The notes below the pieces were generated by a model. The model was not told the origin of the DNA, ran no database searches, and saw nothing but the letters and a program-made list of their open reading frames with translations. Below, in pieces: positions 59,501 through 64,000 of a stretch of DNA of 64,000 nt; the first letter of the stretch is position 1, and each line of letters opens with the position of its first letter. Source of the stretch: Clostridium sp. 'White wine YQ'. Lineage in GTDB: Bacteria > Bacillota > Clostridia > Clostridiales > Clostridiaceae. The translations under genes and the position numbers were made by a program. The stretch covers positions 421,318 through 485,317 of the forward strand of contig NZ_JAQYUU010000001.1 in the NCBI RefSeq assembly GCF_028728205.1, given 5' to 3'.

Positions 59501-62500
59501 AGTTTAGGATAACTAAAACTGTAAAGCCTGATGGAACTGTAGAGACAGTTACATATGATAGTAATAACAATGTAAAAACATCAACAGATGCTTTGGGGCA
59601 TACTACTACTTATGAATATGATAGTAGGGGAAATAAGACTAAAGAATATAGATATGATGGAAAAGTAAAGACTTTCAAGTATGATGACAAAGATAATCTT
59701 ACATCCGTTACTGATTTTGAGGGAAATACAACTACAATGGCATATGATAGCAAAGGAAATCTAGTAAAGGTTACTGATGCTAATAATTTAACATATGAAT
59801 ATACCTATAATAGTAAAAATCAGGTAACAACAGCAATAGATCCATCAGGAAAGAGTTATAAATACGAATATGATGGAGCTAATGTATCACAAGCTACTGA
59901 TGCGAAGGGAAATGTATATAAGTATTTTTATAATGCTATGGGTAAGGTTATATCTATAGAAGATCCTTTGGGGAAGATTACAAGAATAGCTTATGATGCT
60001 AAAGGAAATGAATTAAGCACTACTCTGCCTGACGGAGGCATAGTAGCATATACCTATGATGTTAATGATAATAAAAGTTCGGTAACTGATGGTAACAAAA
60101 ATTTATCTAAGTTTGAATATGATAGCTTAAACAGGGTGACTAAATCTACAGATCCTTTTGGTAATATAACAACCTATTTCTATGATGAAAATGGTAATAA
60201 CACTGGAGAAAAGAATCCAGAAGGGTATACTAAGACCTACCAATACGACAAATTAAATAGGCTTATTAAAGTAATTGATGGAGAACAAGGTGAGACGACT
60301 TATGATAGGGATGCTTTAGGAAATATTATATCTGTAACAGATCCTAATGGAAATAAGTCTTCGTATACTTACAATTATGCAGTAAATCAAGTTGAAAAAG
60401 TGATAGGTGCCAAAGGGCAAACCATAGTAAATAAGTATGACAATCAAGGAAATGTATTACAATCAACACTACCAGATGGTGAAGTGAAAAAATACAAGTA
60501 TGACAATCTATACAGGTTGACACAATTTACTGATGTAAACGGAGTAGTAACAGACACCACTTATGATAATTTAGGTAGAATTTCTTATATGAAGGATAGC
60601 TTAAATAGAGAATATTATTATAGTTATGATGATAATGGAAATCTTATTAGCACAAAGGATCCTTTAGGTTATAAAGTAAATTATACTTATGATGTAAGAA
60701 ATCAAGTGACTTCTGTTACTGATGAAGAGGGAAAAACTACAAAATATAGTTATACTGATACAGGTAATCTAAAATCAGTGACAGACCCTCTTGGATATAC
60801 TAAATCCTATGAGTATGATTTAAATGGAAATTTAAAGACAGAAATATCACCTAATGGGGGCAAGCAAATCTATAATTATGATGGATTAAATAGATTAACC
60901 TCTGTTAAGGATGCGCTTGAAAACATTACTCAGTATGCTTATGATAAAGCAGGTAATGTAACTAAGATGATAGATCCGTTGGGAAAAGAAACAAAATATG
61001 AATATAACGGTAATAAGCTTCAAACGAAAATCACTGATGCTTTAGGTGATGTTGTTCAAATGAAGTATGATAAAGATGGAAATTTAACTAGTGTAGTATA
61101 TCCAAATGGTGACGTAGTAACTATGGCATACGATTCAAATAATAAATTAATCTCAGAAACTGATGCAGCAGGATTGAAGAAAAGTTATAGTTATGACAAT
61201 ATGGATAGAATAGCAACTCAAGAGGATACTGCAGGAAATAAGCTCACTAATCTTTATGATGATAAGGGAAGACTTATAGAGCAAAAGGATGTAATTGGCA
61301 GAACCATAAAATATAGCTATGATATAGCAGGGAATATTACTGCTAAGACTAGCACAGATGGAAACATAACTACTTATGAATATGATAAAAGAGATAGAGC
61401 AGTTAAGGTTACTGACCCAGAGGGAAAAGTTACTACAATTTCCTATGATGGCTTGAACAGAGTAACAGGAAAAATAGAACCTGAAAATAAAAAGTATCAG
61501 TATCAATATGATGATGTAGGAAATCTAATTAATGTAATTGATCCTTTAAACAATTCAACATCCTATGCATACGATAAAAACAAAAATTTAACTCAAGTTA
61601 CAAATGCAAAGGGTGCAGCAAAAAAATATCAATACGATGCTCTAAATAGACTTATTAGTTTTGCAGATGAAAATGGCAATACAACAAATTTATCTTATGA
61701 TGCTAGAGGAAGCCTAATAAAAGTTCAAGATCCTATGAATAATACCACTCAGTATAAATATGATCCTATTAATAGATTAGAGATGAAGGTAGATGCTTTA
61801 GGATTTGGAACTCAATATCAGTATGACAGCTTAAATAATATGGTTGGGGAAATCGATGCTAAGGGAAATAAGACAAGCTATGAATATAATAAACATGGTT
61901 TGCAGACAAAGAAAATAGATCCTTTAGGTGGAACAACACAATTCCAATATGATTTAAATGATAGATTAACTACACAAATAAATCCTATGGATGAGAAATA
62001 TAGCTATTCATATGATAAAGTTCAAAGAATTACAGCTATAACTGATCCAGAAGGATATTCAAAGAGCTTTAGTTATGATGAATTAGGTAATTTAACAAAG
62101 CAATCAGATTCGGAAAATAGTGTTACAACTTATACTTATGATAAGATGCATAGACTACTATCAGAAAAGAATACTGTAGGAAATGTAACATCTTACGGAT
62201 ATAGTACTGCAGGAAATCTAAATTCTATTAAAGAGCCAAATGGCAACATGAGTTTTTATGAATATGATGCACTTGATAGAGTTAATAAAACAACAGATCC
62301 AGAGGGGAACATCACTAAGTTAGAATATGATTCCTTGGGAAATATAACAAAGGTAACTCAACCAGGAAGTAGAGATTATAAGTATACTTATGATGCGGCA
62401 AACAATCTTGAAAGTGAAACAAATCCTTTAGGGGAAGTGACTAAATATACTTATAATAAAAACAATTTGGTAGAGTCAGTTACTAACCCAATTGGTAGTA

Positions 62501-64000
62501 AAACTACTTATAAATATAATCCATTAAACTTAATTTCACAAACAACAAATCCAGTAGGCGGTGTTACTAAATATGATTATGATAAAAATCAAAATTTAGC
62601 TTCTGTAACTGATGGAAATAACAATAAAATTTCTTACGGATATGATGAGTTAAATAGATTAGTAAATGTAACAAGTCCTAAAGGAGATGAAACTAAGTAT
62701 ACCTATGATAAGTCAAGCAATCTTACATCTATGGTAAATGGTAATGGAAATGAAACTAAGTATACCTATGATAAAGTAGGAAGACTTACATCTGTTACTA
62801 ATCCCCTTGGAGAAAAAGAGAACTTTACTTATAATCCAGTAGGTACCCTTTCAAGCCATATTAAACCTGATGGAACCAAAACAAATTACGATTATGATAA
62901 ACTTAATAGGCTTGTCTCAAAAGAGTATAAAGATGCTAATGGAGACAAAGTAGAAGGTGAAGATGTAAGCTATGAATATGACATAAGTGGTAATCGTACA
63001 AAGATGATAGGGGCTGAAGGAGAGACAGACTATAAATATGACAAGATGGGAAGGCTTACTTTAGTAGACTTTGTTGGAGGAGAAAAAGTAACCTATGAAT
63101 TTGACAGCCTAGGAAGAAAATCTAAGGTTATATATCCAGATGGAAAGTATGTGAAGTATAATTATGATGCACTAGATAGATTAACATATGCAGAAAATTG
63201 GAATGGTGAAAAAACTTACTATAGCTATGATAGTGCTGGTAGAAGAAAAGAAGCCTTGCTTCCAAATGGAACTAAAGTAATTTATACTTATGATGGTGCA
63301 GATAGAATTACTAAATTAGAAAATATTAATAAAGATGGTAAGCTTATATCTAGCTTTGAATATCAGTATGATAAAGCTGGAAACATAATAAATGAAAAAG
63401 CTGTACATGAAGATGAAAGCTATGTGAGAACTTATAGCTATGATGCTTCAAATGAAATCACATCTTTTACTGAAGAAAGTCACGAAGAAGACGGAAAAAT
63501 TGAAACAAAGAAATACGATTATAGCTATGATAAAGCAGGTAACCGTATAGCAGTACAAGTAAAGGATGATAATGAAGAGGCTGAGGTTACTACCTATGCT
63601 TATAATGCAGGGGATGAACTAGTTAGTGAAAAGAGTGGAGACACTAATATAAAATATGAGTATGATAAGAATGGAAACAGACTTAAAAAGATTCGTCCTG
63701 GTCAAAAAATAGAGTATTATGAGTATGATTTAGAGGATAGATTAGTTCAAATCTCTAATCCAAAAGGTGAAGTTCTTACTTTTGGATATGATAGTGACGG
63801 AAATAGATTATTCTCAACTTATGGAGTATACTTTAAACCACAGCCAGATAAAGAAGAAAATGGCGATGGCACTTCAAGTGGTAATTCAGGTGGTAACTCT
63901 AATGCAGGGAATCCACAAAACTCTAATAACGGAAATCATTATGGTTTTGAAACAGAAAATAATCCTCATCAAGAAGTAGCTGCAGGAGGAACCACAACTA
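56599..64000 (+). CDS. giant secreted Rhs/YD-repeat protein (polymorphic-toxin family), 5-prime part only (more than 2467 codons)
   Basis: GGGGGTG RBS and a signal peptide (MKKNVLIRAICTFLTFSTLLFSFNDVVAYAAEN). No stop in frame 1 from 56599 to 64000; codons were checked at about 40 positions. The Rhs core entry motif (HCIYGFEPINLLTGNF) lies near residue 700, followed by dozens of YxYDxxGN repeats. Absent from the ORF track because it is open at the window edge. Confidence 0.85.
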   Translation, partial: MKKNVLIRAICTFLTFSTLLFSFNDVVAYAAENLSNQPKGEYYGKDINKENQKVKTENQTENISTKALRKPSTIKQKKEESYSKDKEVVSKRTANSKTYKIDNKTEVKDIYLDKVNYKDANGNYQEVDNTLALNSNGGYYENKANDYKVNFPTEITKDKGVSVQKGNTSVTLFPMEGDFSRSAASENAILYNDVFDGVDYEYTANPDGVKEDIILNRYVDTSTFKYQVSTKGVILKEELNSIRGYEPGKKDPTFILSAPVMVDASGKKNSNLTIKLDKKIFGKDVIAVTVDEDWLKSPERAYPVKVDPQVNIYSDRINIASAEENAPNTNTLNNGYVYVGMDDGVASGNNQYKINGLQKTRAYVQINGNLGVDIPKEATIKSANFEMYKYTNFSSSSREIGLYSVDDSYDVSQVTWNQQPKNKTFYSSAMIDGSIGYISWDIKSLVSDWVNGKTNNGFLLQYLNETQQCETFATQNNEYESRRPKIEIVYEFVDGVDTNMQFGATNINLRPISEHDSEGELKVDGIIVDGLVKPTATVNYELDVENPDYKGSVQASYVYKYPDGSMYSSIFPKAYVYKGKDSNWQSDKILTPKLDQLYRIKATATLDGETSSPAYSDYFQIYQVQAKDTIPYIASFYGVPNSVIMSDNKVGDTLLVEGNTLFIRNPKKNAGKPYTPPSLTDARKKEIDSALMGRKKHCIYGFEPINLLTGNFIYEADDASLTDYNGDFIIKRTYNAMEEIHDGYFGVKWDFNFNKSLSALADGTIIFNQGDGSTIYYRKNSDGSYSGPVGENLKLSLVNDDSRKNIGYEVTDGLTTYQFNKMGLLDSQVDEKGDITKLAYNEDYKLTSITSPSGKVFGITLNDEGRIGTITLPNSSVLKYSYDGNGNLVSYIDANGHETKYQYDDKGRMTSFVDAKGNTVVTNTYDEQNRVTTQTDAQGKKIYMNYYDGYNETIDAKGNKTQYYYDAQFRITKTVKPDGTVETVTYDSNNNVKTSTDALGHTTTYEYDSRGNKTKEYRYDGKVKTFKYDDKDNLTSVTDFEGNTTTMAYDSKGNLVKVTDANNLTYEYTYNSKNQVTTAIDPSGKSYKYEYDGANVSQATDAKGNVYKYFYNAMGKVISIEDPLGKITRIAYDAKGNELSTTLPDGGIVAYTYDVNDNKSSVTDGNKNLSKFEYDSLNRVTKSTDPFGNITTYFYDENGNNTGEKNPEGYTKTYQYDKLNRLIKVIDGEQGETTYDRDALGNIISVTDPNGNKSSYTYNYAVNQVEKVIGAKGQTIVNKYDNQGNVLQSTLPDGEVKKYKYDNLYRLTQFTDVNGVVTDTTYDNLGRISYMKDSLNREYYYSYDDNGNLISTKDPLGYKVNYTYDVRNQVTSVTDEEGKTTKYSYTDTGNLKSVTDPLGYTKSYEYDLNGNLKTEISPNGGKQIYNYDGLNRLTSVKDALENITQYAYDKAGNVTKMIDPLGKETKYEYNGNKLQTKITDALGDVVQMKYDKDGNLTSVVYPNGDVVTMAYDSNNKLISETDAAGLKKSYSYDNMDRIATQEDTAGNKLTNLYDDKGRLIEQKDVIGRTIKYSYDIAGNITAKTSTDGNITTYEYDKRDRAVKVTDPEGKVTTISYDGLNRVTGKIEPENKKYQYQYDDVGNLINVIDPLNNSTSYAYDKNKNLTQVTNAKGAAKKYQYDALNRLISFADENGNTTNLSYDARGSLIKVQDPMNNTTQYKYDPINRLEMKVDALGFGTQYQYDSLNNMVGEIDAKGNKTSYEYNKHGLQTKKIDPLGGTTQFQYDLNDRLTTQINPMDEKYSYSYDKVQRITAITDPEGYSKSFSYDELGNLTKQSDSENSVTTYTYDKMHRLLSEKNTVGNVTSYGYSTAGNLNSIKEPNGNMSFYEYDALDRVNKTTDPEGNITKLEYDSLGNITKVTQPGSRDYKYTYDAANNLESETNPLGEVTKYTYNKNNLVESVTNPIGSKTTYKYNPLNLISQTTNPVGGVTKYDYDKNQNLASVTDGNNNKISYGYDELNRLVNVTSPKGDETKYTYDKSSNLTSMVNGNGNETKYTYDKVGRLTSVTNPLGEKENFTYNPVGTLSSHIKPDGTKTNYDYDKLNRLVSKEYKDANGDKVEGEDVSYEYDISGNRTKMIGAEGETDYKYDKMGRLTLVDFVGGEKVTYEFDSLGRKSKVIYPDGKYVKYNYDALDRLTYAENWNGEKTYYSYDSAGRRKEALLPNGTKVIYTYDGADRITKLENINKDGKLISSFEYQYDKAGNIINEKAVHEDESYVRTYSYDASNEITSFTEESHEEDGKIETKKYDYSYDKAGNRIAVQVKDDNEEAEVTTYAYNAGDELVSEKSGDTNIKYEYDKNGNRLKKIRPGQKIEYYEYDLEDRLVQISNPKGEVLTFGYDSDGNRLFSTYGVYFKPQPDKEENGDGTSSGNSGGNSNAGNPQNSNNGNHYGFETENNPHQEVAAGGTTT

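Noticed and set aside
63767-63979. 70-aa ORF in frame 2 at the window end
   Set aside because: Lies inside the continuous frame-1 Rhs reading frame, which shows YD repeats through this region.

Overview
AT-rich (about 28-30% GC) Clostridium-like Firmicute chromosome segment. Positions 1-46,000 are mostly housekeeping genes: a TagO/WecA-like transferase, a PLP-dependent C-S lyase, a SAM-I riboswitch in front of metF-luxS, def, helD, a flavodiiron protein, hprK, a CorA-like channel, an M18 aminopeptidase, the livFGMH-plus-binding-protein operon on the minus strand, the folate operon folE / HD hydrolase / folP / folB-folK, a DeoR regulator with a glycyl-radical enzyme and its activase, gpmA, a PAS-GGDEF-HD-GYP protein, an LPXTG-anchored tandem nucleotidase, and tRNA-Leu(CAA). 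From about 46,500 to the window end the content is accessory. It starts with an IscU-like / GGGtGRT gene pair. Four direct copies of the last ~40 nt of the GGGtGRT gene plus its terminator (48534, 50733, 52031, 55384) bound small cassettes that mostly encode membrane proteins, with remnants of displaced genes between them. After the last copy there is a sequence closely matching the c-di-GMP-I (GEMM) riboswitch consensus, followed by a giant secreted Rhs/YD-repeat protein gene (56599 to beyond 64000). That gene is missing from the supplied ORF track because it has no stop codon inside the window. No transposase, integrase or CRISPR array was seen. Many 60-160 aa ORFs in the track are antisense shadows of real genes and were discarded.
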